Assembly (NCBI GenBank): GCA_021613535.1
Contig: CP075493.1
Location: 17,360,001 to 17,424,000, forward strand
Source: Adineta vaga
Taxonomy: Eukaryota > Animalia > Rotifera
Length of the DNA: 64,000 bases
Direction of reading: 5' to 3'
Shown in pieces: positions 62,601 through 64,000 of this stretch (position 1 is its first letter; each line of letters starts with the position of its first letter). The translations under genes and the position numbers were made by a program. A model generated the notes under the pieces. It ran no database searches and was not told the DNA's origin. It worked only from the letters and a program-made list of their open reading frames with translations.

Positions 62601-64000
62601 TTCGATAATACAGATGTAATTTAACAAAATAATCAAAGAGAAGTTTTCCTCGGTGGCCTGGCAAAATAGGCCGGTGACCTGGCGCTGCCAGGCCATGCCA
62701 GGCCTTAGATACGCCACTACTTCGAAGCACAGTTTTCAGTCGATTCAATGCGTTAAACTCACGTTCAGCGGTTGCTGTAGTAACAGAAAAAATTAAATAA
62801 AGTTTAATCAATATATCAAATTCTTTGAACATTTTTTTCCAACAATACTCAGATTTAATATTTCACAAATAGTCGAAATCTTTATAATTTGTTTTATTTC
62901 CATCTCATTAACTTGTTGGAACCTAATGGAATTTCTCCTGTTGAAAGATATAATGCTGCAACTTTTGATTTTTTCGAAAAACAATCTAGAATTGATCCAG
63001 TGGATCGTTTCGATGTCATAAACTGATTATTATCTGAAATATTGATATTATAAAGTAGAAATCCTCCTTTGTAGCTGGTTTTATTGTCTCTTGAGCGCAT
63101 GACTCTATGATAGATCCAGTTTACATACCAACAAGTATAAACAATATAAAATAGTGTAGAGGTAATGACGCAAAAATATCTCCTATCAGTACTAAAATAA
63201 TGTTCGTTCGATCTGACAAAGTCAAATTTGATAGCGAAGAGATTTCAAAGGCTGAATTCAGATAAGGCTGACGTGGGCCTAATACTGTCCAGTTGGGGGT
63301 AAGGTTCACTTCTAACGAGCCTATAGGCTCCACCGCCTATGATTTGATTTGTTTCCTTTTCTATTTACAGTTAATCAAAAATGTTTCGATTGGTTTGTGA
63401 TAATCATAAGAAATTTAGTAAAAAGTTTATATATTCAAGTGATCAATTTGAATATCTTTTCTCCACGAGATTTTGATGGTCGTATTGATCGAATCACAGC
63501 CAAAAATCTTGGACAATGGTCAACTCGTTTATATATTATTTTATTTATTATTGGTCTTATTATTCTCACTTTTTATACTATTATTCGACCTGAACCTCAA
63601 ACAAAGATGTTTGATAAAGTATCTTTTGATCGTTATAATCATTTAATTGAAAAATATGGAAATGAATTGAAATGTTATTGTTCATCAATTTCATCAAGAC
63701 ATAATGAATTTGTTATTCTTCAACCTCAAATTCATCAAGTAAAGAAAAGATTGAGTTGAAAATATAAATATTATTTCTTTTTTTTTCTCATAGATTTGTT
63801 CAAGTCCATTTGCTTCAGATGAATGGAGAATAAATATAACATCAAGTCTTGTTTCTGATCTTTCACCTTATCAACGAACAGATTATCGTCGTTATCTTTC
63901 AGCTCATTTACAATTTCTTCATGGTCTTTGTGAACTTTCTCGAGAATTAATCGAAAATTTTGTTCATCAATTTCACACATCACTATTCATTACTACTCAA
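56680..64000 (+). CDS. Large multi-exon membrane protein made of tandem ~450-aa Cys-patterned TM repeats (at least 3 units); disrupted by an exonic TE; runs off the window
   Basis: Each unit: TR(L/V)YI.L TM, L.C.CS, HP/Q.CSS.F, FQLLSDLC, ST(L/F)(E/D)C, Y..C.P..C.Y, GGLT..L TM; seen at ~56840, ~58670 and ~63520. Confidence 0.75.
60039..61098. mobile_element. hAT-type non-autonomous element inserted in a coding exon, 8-bp TSD GTATCAAA
   Basis: TIRs CAGAGGTGAGCA / TGCTCACCTCTG; TSD at 60031-60038 and 61099-61106; the exon resumes PNENG|gtaag. Confidence 0.9.
61235..63341 (-). mobile_element. Internally deleted hAT transposon (ZMYM1-like dimerization-domain remnant) in an intron
   Basis: TIRs CAGGGGCAGCGGAAC / rc CATAGGCGGTGGAGC; TSD A(G/T)TTGATT; LIKLYLIFSVTTATAEREFNALNRLKTVLRS..SMT..RLNHCLIAHIYK. 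Confidence 0.8.
61636..62719. mobile_element. Nested hAT element with 8-bp TSD CTTCGAAG
   Basis: TIRs TAGTGGCGTA / TACGCCACTA; TSD at 61628-61635 and 62720-62727; carries its own hAT C-terminal remnant RLSDLFLATTERDF. Confidence 0.9.

Overview
AT-rich eukaryotic genomic DNA with many short (~50-60 nt) GT-AG introns. The gene and TE content most resembles a bdelloid rotifer (inference): intron-containing, endonuclease-less Athena/Penelope-like retroelement, TGTGGG/TGAGGG telomere-type repeats, RSE-type ADP-ribosyltransferase(-TPR), NHL, LDLa-EGF-GPCR and F-box-like families, and an intronless bacterial-type gene. The window looks like a subtelomeric-type, rearranged accessory region. In order it holds: a DNA transposase remnant; an SLC13 carboxylate transporter closely followed by a horizontally acquired prpF; a decayed Athena/Terminon-type element with a -1 frameshift signal and two hammerhead ribozymes; a run of single genes, pseudogenes and gene fragments (GPCRs, TM U-box, ART-TPR, cullin, F-box/LRR, Cys-rich peptide, LDLa-EGF-GPCR, B-box-NHL, NHL, Ubl-PARP, RRM, ART); Helentron/DINE-like elements; and a large repeat membrane-protein gene hit by nested hAT elements. 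The most striking unexplained structure is a family of about 19 short (40-120 bp) palindromic elements: (TC)TTGAGGGTGTGGG..., an asymmetric spacer, then ...CCCACACCCTCAA(GA). They divide the window into roughly gene-sized modules, lack obvious TSDs, sit exactly at several gene breakpoints, and are repeatedly found next to a family of solo hammerhead ribozyme motifs. All coordinates were read by eye and gene models are approximate.
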